A stretch of 64,000 nucleotides of DNA from Verrucomicrobiia bacterium (GCA_026414565.1 JAOAIT010000065.1:193-64192), one strand, 5' to 3'; shown: positions 1 through 8,560, counted from the first letter of the stretch. Notes: a model not told the origin generated them from the sequence alone. Translations and numbers: made by a program.

Positions 1-274
1 AGGTGCGCGGCTGAAATTGAGGCCGAACAAACTGCGGCGTGACAAACTGGGGCTTGATGAACTCCGCCCGGTAAGGGTCCGGCTTGACAAAGTCTTTTTT
101 CTCGCGCGTGCGCCGCTCAAACTCGGGTTGGATGAAGCGGGGACTGACAAATTGCGGGTACATGTAGCAGGAGCTGGCCTGGGCACCCACCGAACGCTGC
201 CCCTGGGCCGCCACCCATCCCGCGGCACCCAGCCACGCACCCATGAGGATTATTGAAATGGCTACCCGCTTCAC
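1..274 (-). CDS. Partial CDS running off the left edge: signal-peptide protein with short P-Q/E-F repeats
   Basis: Own translation of the minus strand; it is absent from the ORF track because there is no stop in the window. GTG at 274 or in-frame ATG at 244 gives (M)KRVAISIILMGAWLGAAGWVAAQG, then YPQFVSPRFIQPEFERRTREKKDFVKPDPYRAEFIKPQFVTPQFVRPQFQPR, open to nt 1. The listed + ORF 17..256 looks like its antisense shadow. Confidence 0.4.
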   Translation of the reverse strand, partial: MKRVAISIILMGAWLGAAGWVAAQGQRSVGAQASSCYMYPQFVSPRFIQPEFERRTREKKDFVKPDPYRAEFIKPQFVTPQFVRPQFQPRT

Positions 275-323
275 AAGCTCAGATATAAGTCCAAAACAAC
301 CCGGCTGGCAAATAAAAAATGAC

Positions 324-2141
324 TTAAGCCGGTGTCGCGGCGGGTGAGACGGATGCGGTTTCAAAAAAACCATGCACCGGCCGCACCAGTTCAAAGTTGC
401 ACAGGCGCAGCTCGGGTTTGCCCAAGGTATCCCGCACCAGCCGATTCTCCGGATCAAAGGAAATCAGCAGATGTTCCGGCTCCAGATTCAAGTCCTCGTA
501 GCCACACCGTTCAAACCGCCGCCGGGCGCGCTCCATGAATTCCTCCAGCTCCTCATCGGTGATCAGGCCCTGGCGATGCGCCTCGCGCACATTGACGCCG
601 CGAAAATAACTGCCATCGCTGATGGCCAGCAGCACATCCGGCCCGTTCCAAAAGCCCCAGATCGAAATGTAGTCATGCCCCGGCTGCAGCAACGGCTCCC
701 CGTCCGGCATCAAAACTTCTGCAAATCTCTGGTAACGGCTGGCATCGGTAATTTTCCGCAGGTGATCATTCCGGCTCCCCGTCATATAAATCGCTCGCGG
801 ATAAACCGTCCGCGCCCCCGCGCCGCTCATGCCCAGTGCACAGGCAAACTCCTCAAAGGGGCTGTTGAAGCCGTACTCCAGAATGCGCCGGGAGCGCAGG
901 CTGTCGTCCGGCACGTGGGGCGTGGAGCCCATGCGGGAGACTTTCCACACCAGATTAATGTTGTCCTTCGTGCGCGTAAGGTAGGTTTCGGTGCGCTCGG
1001 ACAATCGTTTTTTGGGCGTGCGCCGCCAGCGCTCAGGCAGAAAATAGTTGAATAAATCGGGGTCCTTCCCCACCACCCAGAGGCGCCCGCCGGTGCTTTC
1101 GGCCTGACCGTAAATGTAATCCACCCCCAGGATGTTGACGGTTTTGAGGTGGGCCGGCAGGGGTTTGCTCGTATTCACCTCAAACCGCCGGGCCATGTGC
1201 TCCAAATAATACTGGCGGTTGAAGCTGGCCACCGCCTGCTCATGCTCCGGCGTGCGCTCCAACAGCTCATAGTCCACCACCGCATAAACCACCTGCCGGT
1301 TGCGGTCCCGCAACAGCGTGAAATCCGGCTGGGGCCGCACGATGATATGCTGGGGCTTCATGTCCACCATCCGGTAGCCCTTGTGCTCCAGTTCGTGATT
1401 CACCAGGCTGGTAACCGAAGCCAGAAATTCCTCCCGCGCCTCACCAGTCAGTTGAAACAAGGTGGCCGTTTCCACCAAATCCAGACCTTTGATCCATCCA
1501 TACAACAGCACATATTGCCGCAAGATGTCTATTTCCACCCCCGGCGACTGGGCAATTTTGGCGGCAATACGGTCCTGCGAGCGCCCGGTCTGCCAGAGCT
1601 GCAGCCGCTCGCTGGGCACATAGATGGCCAGCGGCTTTTGCGTGCGAATTCGAATGCGGGGCGGGCCGTATTCCCCCCGCCGCATCTCCATGACCAGCGC
1701 AAATTCCTCGAAAGGACTGTTGAACTCCGCGTTGATAAACTTGTTGACGGTGAGGGTGTCCAGCGGCACCACCTCGCCCACACGGGACCATTTGACCACC
1801 AAATGCAGCGAAACCCCCTCCACCGGTTTGGTAGGCACCCGGTACACCGTGCTGGTGCCGATCAGCCGCTCGCGCTTGGCCTCAAACCATTCCTTCCCAA
1901 ACCAGTTCTCCGGCAGCAAATGCTCCCAATACGGCAGCCCGTAGCGGGTCAGATATAATTCGCCGCCATCGGAAGTTTTCAAATGGGTATAGTCCACCCC
2001 CAGCAGGGATACGGCCGTGGCCTGCCGCGGCAAACGCGCCAGTTGTCGCGCCGAGAATGGCTGCCGCACAATCTGCTCCCCGGCCTCAGGAACCAGCCGG
2101 TCTTCCTGCCGGGGGGAAGCTTTGGCCATCGGCCGATTCAT
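324..2141 (-). CDS. Tandem protein-kinase-like protein: N-terminal module with catalytic-loop-like motif, C-terminal module degenerate
   Basis: 605-aa ORF with ATG preceded by AAGGTGGA. There are two internally homologous about 270-aa modules, both carrying FNSPFEEFA. Module 1 has VVKW, LEHKGYRMVDMKPQHIIV (resembles HRDxKPxN) and VVDYELL (DFG-like). Module 2 has NLEPEHLLI and LCNFELV at the equivalent positions. It lies 15 nt downstream of ogt. Confidence 0.6.
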   Translation of the reverse strand: MNRPMAKASPRQEDRLVPEAGEQIVRQPFSARQLARLPRQATAVSLLGVDYTHLKTSDGGELYLTRYGLPYWEHLLPENWFGKEWFEAKRERLIGTSTVYRVPTKPVEGVSLHLVVKWSRVGEVVPLDTLTVNKFINAEFNSPFEEFALVMEMRRGEYGPPRIRIRTQKPLAIYVPSERLQLWQTGRSQDRIAAKIAQSPGVEIDILRQYVLLYGWIKGLDLVETATLFQLTGEAREEFLASVTSLVNHELEHKGYRMVDMKPQHIIVRPQPDFTLLRDRNRQVVYAVVDYELLERTPEHEQAVASFNRQYYLEHMARRFEVNTSKPLPAHLKTVNILGVDYIYGQAESTGGRLWVVGKDPDLFNYFLPERWRRTPKKRLSERTETYLTRTKDNINLVWKVSRMGSTPHVPDDSLRSRRILEYGFNSPFEEFACALGMSGAGARTVYPRAIYMTGSRNDHLRKITDASRYQRFAEVLMPDGEPLLQPGHDYISIWGFWNGPDVLLAISDGSYFRGVNVREAHRQGLITDEELEEFMERARRRFERCGYEDLNLEPEHLLISFDPENRLVRDTLGKPELRLCNFELVRPVHGFFETASVSPAATPA

Positions 2142-2156
2142 ATTTTTGTTTCCACC

Positions 2157-2687
2157 TTACCACAAAAGCCGCCGGAAGTGGTGAATTTTATGTCCCTCCA
2201 CCGCCAGCAGCCGCTGCTTCCATTCCCGGCCGCCGGCAAACCCTCCCAGCCGCCCGCCTGCCGCCACCACCCGATGGCACGGCACCAGCAACGGAATCGG
2301 ATTGGCTCCACAGGCCGCGCCCACCGCCCGCGCCGCCGCAGGATGGCCAATCTGGCGGGCGATCTCTCCATAGGTGCATACACGCCCCACAGGAATCATG
2401 GCCAGAGCCTCCCATACCGCCCGTTGAAAGGCTGTGGCTTCAGACCAATCCAGGGGCGGCTTCCGCGTTACGGGTGAACCTTCCAGAACGCAACCGACAG
2501 CATCGCTGGTTGCTTCATGCCAGGAAACCACCCCTGCCGGCACCAGCGCGTCACTGGGCAGCGGCCCGGCGGAAACAGCCCCAGGAAAATCAATGCTGCG
2601 CAACCCTGCCTCACCGTAGCTGGCCAGAAACTCACCCCAACGAGAAGGAATGGGCAAAACCCAAAGGTCTATGCGCGGCAAAGCCAC
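2157..2687 (-). CDS. ogt: Methylated-DNA--protein-cysteine methyltransferase (O6-alkylguanine-DNA alkyltransferase)
   Basis: 176 aa with a GTG start. Contains the PCHRVV active-site motif, preceded by the TYGEIARQIG helix-turn-helix region and ACGANPIPLLVPCHRVV. Confidence 0.85.
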   Translation of the reverse strand: MALPRIDLWVLPIPSRWGEFLASYGEAGLRSIDFPGAVSAGPLPSDALVPAGVVSWHEATSDAVGCVLEGSPVTRKPPLDWSEATAFQRAVWEALAMIPVGRVCTYGEIARQIGHPAAARAVGAACGANPIPLLVPCHRVVAAGGRLGGFAGGREWKQRLLAVEGHKIHHFRRLLW

Positions 2688-2699
2688 AAATCAGCGGAG

Positions 2700-3236
2700 C
2701 TATTGATTATTCCGCACCAGGGTGAGCAAAATCCACAACACCACCAAAAACGCCCCCACCAACACCAAGAAACGGTTGCGCGCCACCCGCTTTTCAAAAC
2801 GCAACGCCACCGGCTCCCGCAGTCCTCCATAGGCCAGGTACTTCACCAAAAGTGGGTTGGAGGGCGGCTGCGGTTGCCACCACGCCGTCAAACGCCGCCA
2901 AGCACCGGCCAGATCAAACTTGCGCACCCCCAGCTCATTGTACAACTCCGGGTGCGCCGCCGGCTCCGGCACTACTGCCGCCGGTTTGGGGGCCGGCCGC
3001 GGCATGGGCGGTGTCACAGCCGGCCGGGAAGGAACCTCCCGCGGGCGGACGGGCCCACCCCCGGGGGCCGCAGGCGGGGCCGTGCGCGGAGACGCCGCCG
3101 TCCCCACCGGAGAGGAGGGACGGGCCGGCAACTGCGCACTCAGCCGCCGGATGCGCGCCTCCAGCTCTGCAATCTGCGTGTTGAGATCGCGCTCCCGCGT
3201 TTGCAAAGGGTCTGCTTTGCGTTTGAGCCAGCCCAT
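2700..3236 (-). CDS. Hypothetical tail-anchored protein with N-terminal coiled coil, Pro-rich linker and C-terminal TM helix
   Basis: 178 aa. DLNTQIAELEARIRRLSAQL is followed by a P/A-rich stretch and a C-terminal FLVLVGAFLVVLWILLTLV. Its ATG lies 3 nt after the stop of the upstream gene. Confidence 0.5.
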   Translation of the reverse strand: MGWLKRKADPLQTRERDLNTQIAELEARIRRLSAQLPARPSSPVGTAASPRTAPPAAPGGGPVRPREVPSRPAVTPPMPRPAPKPAAVVPEPAAHPELYNELGVRKFDLAGAWRRLTAWWQPQPPSNPLLVKYLAYGGLREPVALRFEKRVARNRFLVLVGAFLVVLWILLTLVRNNQ

Positions 3237-3239
3237 GCC

Positions 3240-3920
3240 TTATTTACCGCGTATTAGCAAAACCATCACCAGCGTCAACAAGGCCAGCACCACCGGCCAT
3301 GTCAGCCCCAACCCCACCCGGCTCAGGGTCCAAAAATCCATGCCGGCCAGCGCCGGCGGGGCCGCCGGCGAAGCGGGCGGATTCCCCTCCCCGGCCGCCT
3401 CCGGAGCCGGCGTGTTGAGCAGCGGAAATTTCAACCGCGCACTGTTCCATTCCATGCGCGCATTCTCCAGCGTGGTAAGGGCGCGCGTGATTTCCGTTTG
3501 AAAGTTCTCTGCCGTCCACGACTCCTCTTGAATGGACTGGACCTTGTTCAATGCCTCCCGCAAGCCCGCCACGGCTTTGGCCATTTGTTCCGCCTCCTGC
3601 CGGGCGGAGAATTCGGCTTCCTCCAGCAAACCAATGCCGCGCGTCAGATGCCTCACCATCTCCTCGCGGCCGGTTTTCCATTCCGCCTGGCGCCGGCGCG
3701 TCTCCTCCAGGGCCGCCCGCTCGCGTTCGAGCTGCTCCTGCGCCTGGCGCAGCCGGGCCAGCTCGGCCTGCACATCCGCCACCTGGGACTCCACCTCCTC
3801 CCGCGTAGGCGCCCGCGCCACCCCAGAAGCGGGGGGCGCTGCCTGCTGGGCGGCCGGGGGGCGGCGTCCGTCTTGATAGTCCAAATCCACAAATTCGGAT
3901 GGATCCAATTTGGAAGCCAT
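3240..3920 (-). CDS. Hypothetical tail-anchored coiled-coil protein
   Basis: 226 aa with long E/R/Q/A-rich heptad-like segments (VADVQAELARLRQAQEQLERERAALEETRRRQ) and a C-terminal TM helix (GLGLTWPVVLALLTLVMVLLI). Confidence 0.5.
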   Translation of the reverse strand: MASKLDPSEFVDLDYQDGRRPPAAQQAAPPASGVARAPTREEVESQVADVQAELARLRQAQEQLERERAALEETRRRQAEWKTGREEMVRHLTRGIGLLEEAEFSARQEAEQMAKAVAGLREALNKVQSIQEESWTAENFQTEITRALTTLENARMEWNSARLKFPLLNTPAPEAAGEGNPPASPAAPPALAGMDFWTLSRVGLGLTWPVVLALLTLVMVLLIRGK

Positions 3921-4058
3921 GGCGTTGAGCTTAGTGAAGGCCCGTATCAGTGTAAAGCAATCCTTGACCCCGGCACAAACCCGGACAACACAACATCCTG
4001 CCCTCTTCCGGCTGCGCGCCCGGTGCGCCGCAACAGCACTGCCCGGCCGCGGGTGCGC

Positions 4059-4691
4059 TTAATCCGCGCCCAGCGCGATCTTCAGCAGCTCCTCCTGTGT
4101 CCAGTTGGTGTCGCGCCCCGCGGTGGCCTTGCGAATGGGCGCCACCTGCTCCGGCCGGACCGGCGAGGCCTGGTTGCCCCAGGCCTTGTTCATGCGGATG
4201 TAGGTCAACACCGCCGCAATTTGTTCATCGTTCAAGGTATCCTTCCACGGCAGCATGACGTTGTTAAAGGTGTAGGCTTTGCCGCTGACTGTGATGGGGC
4301 CGGCCATACCGTGGAGAACGATCCGAATGATCCGGTTGGGGTGCTCGGCCAATACCCAATCCGATCCTGCCAGGGGCGGCGCTTGAATCGGGCTGCCCAA
4401 ACCATCTGCCTGATGGCACGAGGCACAATAGGTAAGGTAAATGCCGCGGCCTTTCTCAAACAACGGGTCCGTGGCCGGTTTGGGATTGGCCTCCTCCACC
4501 TTGGCCAGCGAGGGATAAGGCGCATAAACGCGGGCGTTGAAACCACCCGCCTGCTTGTCCAGGCTCATCGTGGCCACATAGAACAAAACTCCCAACACTC
4601 CCACCAGCCACATGGGGGTGGGCGCCCTGCCCGCCTGCGGCTCGGCATCCTCCGGCAAGGACCGAAGTTCTATGGGGGAAGGCGCGCTCAT
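4059..4691 (-). CDS. Membrane-anchored monohaem c-type cytochrome (CcoP/FixP-like position in the cluster)
   Basis: 210 aa with an N-terminal TM helix (WLVGVLGVLFYVATM) and a single CASCH haem-c motif, with a downstream Met (NNVMLPW). Its ATG overlaps the stop of the CcoO-like gene (ATGA at 4688-4691). Confidence 0.75.
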   Translation of the reverse strand: MSAPSPIELRSLPEDAEPQAGRAPTPMWLVGVLGVLFYVATMSLDKQAGGFNARVYAPYPSLAKVEEANPKPATDPLFEKGRGIYLTYCASCHQADGLGSPIQAPPLAGSDWVLAEHPNRIIRIVLHGMAGPITVSGKAYTFNNVMLPWKDTLNDEQIAAVLTYIRMNKAWGNQASPVRPEQVAPIRKATAGRDTNWTQEELLKIALGAD

Positions 4692-5455
4692 GGTGCAGTG
4701 CTTTCAGAAACGGCGGGAGCTGCGTTGGTGTTCACCGCCTTGTTCACCTGGTTGGTCCTGGCGGCGGCCGCGGCGGCTTCTGCTGCTCCCGGCAGCGGCG
4801 CCTCAAAAACCGGCGCATCCGCCCGCAGGCTCATCAAGTACACCACCAACGCGCGAGCCCGCGGCCCGGGCACGATCTGCTCCGGCCAGTGCTCGGGGCT
4901 GCGCTGCTCGAACTGCAGCGCCAGCGGATCCCTTTCCTGGCCCGGGCGCAGCGGACGACGCTCAAACAAAAACGCATAAGAGGGCATCAGCGAGGCGGGG
5001 GCAAACTGCCGTGGATTGTACAAGTGCAGGTAAAGGCGTTGCTCCAGTTCCTCCACATGATTGGAAACCGTGAGAAACTTCCACGGCACTGCAAAACGTT
5101 TGGGCTCACGCAGTCCCAGGTTGGCCAGATCCGGCCCCACGCGCGCCGCCCCCACGAGCACCGGATGATCCGCCAGAAAATCCTGCGCTACCGTCCGCCG
5201 CACCCCCCAGCCACGTTCCACGTCATTTTCAGGGCGCACCTGTTGAGTGTGACATTCCGCGCAGCCCAGCGAGCGATACACCTGCAACCCCTGCTGCGCC
5301 AGACCCGGCCGCGCGGTGGGGTAATCCGGCTGCGGCGCAGGCTGCGGCACCGGCTCCAAACGGCCCAACTGCAGTTGCGGCGCCATCACCAGTCCCGCCC
5401 AGGACAAAGCCAGGGTGACAAAGGCGCTCAGGAATATCAACGCCCCGTGATTCAT
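4688..5455 (-). CDS. ccoO: cbb3-type cytochrome oxidase subunit II-like (CcoO/FixO-like) monohaem cytochrome c
   Basis: I prefer the start MNHGALIFLSAF at 5455: GGAGGTGG lies upstream and the ATGA overlaps the CcoN-like stop. Motifs QVYRSLGCAECHTQQVRP, GPDLANLG and HLYNPRQFAPASLMPSY match CcoO signature regions as I recall them. Confidence 0.75.
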   Translation of the reverse strand: MNHGALIFLSAFVTLALSWAGLVMAPQLQLGRLEPVPQPAPQPDYPTARPGLAQQGLQVYRSLGCAECHTQQVRPENDVERGWGVRRTVAQDFLADHPVLVGAARVGPDLANLGLREPKRFAVPWKFLTVSNHVEELEQRLYLHLYNPRQFAPASLMPSYAFLFERRPLRPGQERDPLALQFEQRSPEHWPEQIVPGPRARALVVYLMSLRADAPVFEAPLPGAAEAAAAAARTNQVNKAVNTNAAPAVSESTAP

Positions 5456-6915
5456 GCCGCCACCTCCTTCGCCACGGGGGCCGTCACCGGGCAACAGCTT
5501 CCGCGCAAGGCGCAAAGCATCGCCCGGCTGCCTTGATACACCACGGCAATTCCCAGGGCGCTGCCGCCGAGAACCACCGCCAACAACCCCACCCCGGCCA
5601 GTTTAAGCCCCGGCAGCGCGGCCGTCAGTGAAGTCATAAAAGGTGTGCGCCAATCCGCCAGGGCGGCGGCCTGTGCATTGCCCGCCCACAACCAGCCCAC
5701 GGCCCACAGCACCGCCCCCCCTGCCAGTGCCAGCGCCATCCCGCGGCTCGTGGCACAGGTGCATCCCTCGCGTCCACAGGCCAGCCGGGGCACCACATAC
5801 ATCATGCCTCCCGCCAGCGCGGGCAGCGCAAATCCCAGCAGCCACAAAGAAGGACGCGCAGCCGTGAGATACGTCAAGTTCACCACCTCCTGCAACGCCG
5901 GCCGCGAGACTACCGCCTGCCAGATCACCACCACCATCCACATCCATAGTCCAAACAGGCTCAGCCCCAATCCCGGCTGGCGCCATACCCCGCGGTAATT
6001 GCCGCCCAAGGTATGATACACGTTCAGGGCCAGTGCGATGACCGCCACCAGCATGAGCACATCGGCCACCGCGCTCACTGCCGGCAACCAGCGCGGCACC
6101 GGCAAAGCATAATGAAAACCGCTGGCGGTCCCGAATACCGCCACCACCCAGAACACCATCTTGCTCAGCGGCGCGCTGTGCAGCGCCCGCCCCGCATAAC
6201 GCGGGAGAAAATAGAAGGCCGCACTTAGCCCGGCCGCCGTCAGCCACAGGGTCAGCAGATTATTCGCCAGCCAGGTGCTCACCACCACCTGCATCACCCC
6301 GCGCGGCGGCACGCATTGCAGCAACACGATGCCCACGCTCATCAGCCAGAAAAACCAGAACAGCCCCGCCATCATCCACCATTGCGAGGGATAAACCGAC
6401 TCCCGCCGGCGATGCTGCAAGGTCAACCACGCGCTGACCCCCAACCCCGCCAGGCCAGCCCACATCAAGCCGCTCCCGTAAAGCGGCGCCCCCCACAGCG
6501 GATAGCCTGTGGCGTCCCCCGCCAGAATGCCCACCCCGCCCAGCAACACGCCCACATTCCACAAGACCCCGCCCAGAAAGGTCAGCCAGCGCTGCTGCAA
6601 ACCCACCCCGCCCAACCGGGCCAGCATCCACAAGCCCAAGCCCACAGCCGCCTGCGAGGCAAAACCATAAAACAACACATGCTGCGCCGCCGGCCACAAA
6701 CGGCCATAGGAAGACCACGCCGCCTGCCCCAGCGTCTCCGGCGCCAGCAACTTCCACCAGGCCCACCCCGCCAGCACCAGCCCCACCACCAGCCAGCCTG
6801 CCGCCTTCACCATCAGCCACAACACCGGCCAGCGCGATGCGGCATCCACTTCCGCCGGACTCAGCGGCGGGCGGGACTTTGCAACCACCTCACTCATGCC
6901 AGACGTTTGCACCAA
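5452..6915 (-). CDS. Haem-copper-oxidase subunit I-like (CcoN-like) polytopic membrane protein lacking most canonical His ligands
   Basis: 487 aa with about 12 hydrophobic segments. CcoN-like motifs are WPAAQHVLFYGF, AAFYFLPR and GFHYALPVPRW, but the whole ORF contains only 5 His. See findings. Confidence 0.65.
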   Translation of the reverse strand: MVQTSGMSEVVAKSRPPLSPAEVDAASRWPVLWLMVKAAGWLVVGLVLAGWAWWKLLAPETLGQAAWSSYGRLWPAAQHVLFYGFASQAAVGLGLWMLARLGGVGLQQRWLTFLGGVLWNVGVLLGGVGILAGDATGYPLWGAPLYGSGLMWAGLAGLGVSAWLTLQHRRRESVYPSQWWMMAGLFWFFWLMSVGIVLLQCVPPRGVMQVVVSTWLANNLLTLWLTAAGLSAAFYFLPRYAGRALHSAPLSKMVFWVVAVFGTASGFHYALPVPRWLPAVSAVADVLMLVAVIALALNVYHTLGGNYRGVWRQPGLGLSLFGLWMWMVVVIWQAVVSRPALQEVVNLTYLTAARPSLWLLGFALPALAGGMMYVVPRLACGREGCTCATSRGMALALAGGAVLWAVGWLWAGNAQAAALADWRTPFMTSLTAALPGLKLAGVGLLAVVLGGSALGIAVVYQGSRAMLCALRGSCCPVTAPVAKEVAA

Positions 6916-6918
6916 GGT

Positions 6919-7293
6919 TTATTCGTAAGGGTTGGCCGGCGCCGGGGGCTTGGCCGAAGCCTTTTCCAGTCGCTGCAGCAGCAGTGTGCGTCCCTGGGCC
7001 GGATCCGCCCATTCGCGCGCCACCAATTCCATCGCGCGCGTCACCGGCAGCCGCACCAGGCCTTTTGTCTGATCCACCCAGCCATAATTCTCCAACGCCT
7101 CCTGGTTGGCCGCCTTCAACTCGGCCAGCGCCTTGGCCCGTTCCTCCGCCCGGCGCGCGTTCAAATCCGGCGGGCGGGTGTAATGAACCATCAGCCCCAC
7201 CAGCAGCAGGATGGTGGCGAGGGCCGTCACCACGGCGGCGGCGTTGGCCCACCGCCGGCGATTAAGCTGGGACACTGCTTCGCTCATGCTCAT
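6919..7293 (-). CDS. Small single-TM protein between actF and the oxidase-like genes (possible ActG-type subunit)
   Basis: 124 aa with an N-terminal TM helix (AAAVVTALATILLLVGLMV) followed by a soluble helical domain. It is tightly packed, 8 nt after actF and 3 nt before the CcoN-like gene. The assignment rests on position only. Confidence 0.4.
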   Translation of the reverse strand: MSMSEAVSQLNRRRWANAAAVVTALATILLLVGLMVHYTRPPDLNARRAEERAKALAELKAANQEALENYGWVDQTKGLVRLPVTRAMELVAREWADPAQGRTLLLQRLEKASAKPPAPANPYE

Positions 7294-7301
7294 GCCTCAC
7301 T

Positions 7302-8546
7302 TTATTTGGCCCGCCCCGGCACCGCCGACGCCGGCGGCACATAAACGCCCATGGTTTCCGCAATGCGCGGATCGCGCTGCGGATAGGGCGGATGCGCCTG
7401 GAAATACCGCAGGAATACCATGCCCAACACGCCGCCAATGAAGGCCAGCGCCGCCACATCCAGCCAGTGCACCCGCAGGCCGTCAGGATGCAAGACCGGC
7501 TTGATGTTGAAGGTCATGTCCGCGTAATGCATCAACCAGGCCCACACGCACATGGGCACCATCACCTGCAGCGACAGCTTGGCATCAATCCGCAACAGGG
7601 CCAGGAAGGGCAGGAAAAAGTGACCGAACATGATAATCAGCCCCAAATCCCACCACGTGCCCTGCTCCCGCTGCACATACCAGAACGTTTCCTCCGGGAT
7701 GGCCGCATTCCAGATCAGAAAGTACTGAGAAAAGGCGACGTACGCATAAAACACCGTGAAGGCGAAGAACAGCACGCCCGTGTCGTGAAAGGTTTTGGTT
7801 TGCACCACCGCCTGCAGCGGCCCGGCCTCCCTGAGTTTCAAGGCCAGCAGATACGTCGTGGCCAGCGTCACCCACACGCTCCCCGCAAAGTAGTACACCC
7901 CGTACATGGTGGAAAACCATTGATGCTGCAGCGATTTCATCCAGAAAATCGCCCCCAGCGTCAGGCTCACGGCAAACAGGAAGATGCCCGCCGCCGACCA
8001 CCGCCGCATGGCAAAGGTCTCCGCCGCGGCGCCGGTGACATCCTGCCGCAGCGAAAAGCGCCGCAGTTGCCACGCCAGCAGCGACCACAACAAAAACAAC
8101 CCCGCCGACACCGCCAGCCAGACCGGTTTGTTGAACAGGACATGCTTCACGTGCAAAGCGTGATCCTGATGCGGGTCCAGCGCCATCCACCGATAGATGT
8201 AATCCTCCGGACGGGCGAGCAGGGCGTTCAAGGCAATCGGCACAAACAACACCCCCAGCACCGGCAACAACCAGGCCATGTGCTCCCACACCCGCCGCAG
8301 CGGCACCATCCATTGCGAGTCAAACAGGTGATGCATCATCACCAGAAACAGCGCCCCCAGACTCAAACTGAGGAAAAACATGAAGGCGGTCAGGTACGAG
8401 TACCCAAACTGTTTCGGCCACCAAATGGCCCCCGCCAGACAGAGCAAGCCGCCGGCCACCGCCAGCACCAGCGGCGCCCGGGCCAACCGGCCCAGCTCCA
8501 GTTTCGCGGCCGGCATGGGAGCATGTGAACTTGTGCTCATGGTCAT
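7302..8546 (-). CDS. actF: Alternative Complex III subunit ActF (polytopic membrane subunit)
   Basis: Polytopic membrane protein in the ActF position after actE. The likely start is MTMSTSSHAP (ATG 8546), 14 nt after the actE stop. The track ORF extends to 8654 but overlaps actE. Confidence 0.7.
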   Translation of the reverse strand: MTMSTSSHAPMPAAKLELGRLARAPLVLAVAGGLLCLAGAIWWPKQFGYSYLTAFMFFLSLSLGALFLVMMHHLFDSQWMVPLRRVWEHMAWLLPVLGVLFVPIALNALLARPEDYIYRWMALDPHQDHALHVKHVLFNKPVWLAVSAGLFLLWSLLAWQLRRFSLRQDVTGAAAETFAMRRWSAAGIFLFAVSLTLGAIFWMKSLQHQWFSTMYGVYYFAGSVWVTLATTYLLALKLREAGPLQAVVQTKTFHDTGVLFFAFTVFYAYVAFSQYFLIWNAAIPEETFWYVQREQGTWWDLGLIIMFGHFFLPFLALLRIDAKLSLQVMVPMCVWAWLMHYADMTFNIKPVLHPDGLRVHWLDVAALAFIGGVLGMVFLRYFQAHPPYPQRDPRIAETMGVYVPPASAVPGRAK

Positions 8547-8560
8547 GATTCCAGCAACTA

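Noticed and set aside
17-256. 79-aa plus-strand ORF at the left edge.
   Set aside because: The minus strand over the same bases gives a signal peptide plus a regular repeat and stays open to the window edge. The plus ORF is Arg/Leu/Gly-rich and looks like the antisense shadow.
4688-5515. The full-length track ORF for the CcoO-like gene, starting 60 nt further upstream and overlapping the CcoN-like gene by 64 nt.
   Set aside because: The internal ATG at 5455 has a GGAGG upstream and forms an ATGA overlap with the upstream stop. The extra 20 residues (MRLARKLLPGDGPRGEGGGG) are not signal- or anchor-like.
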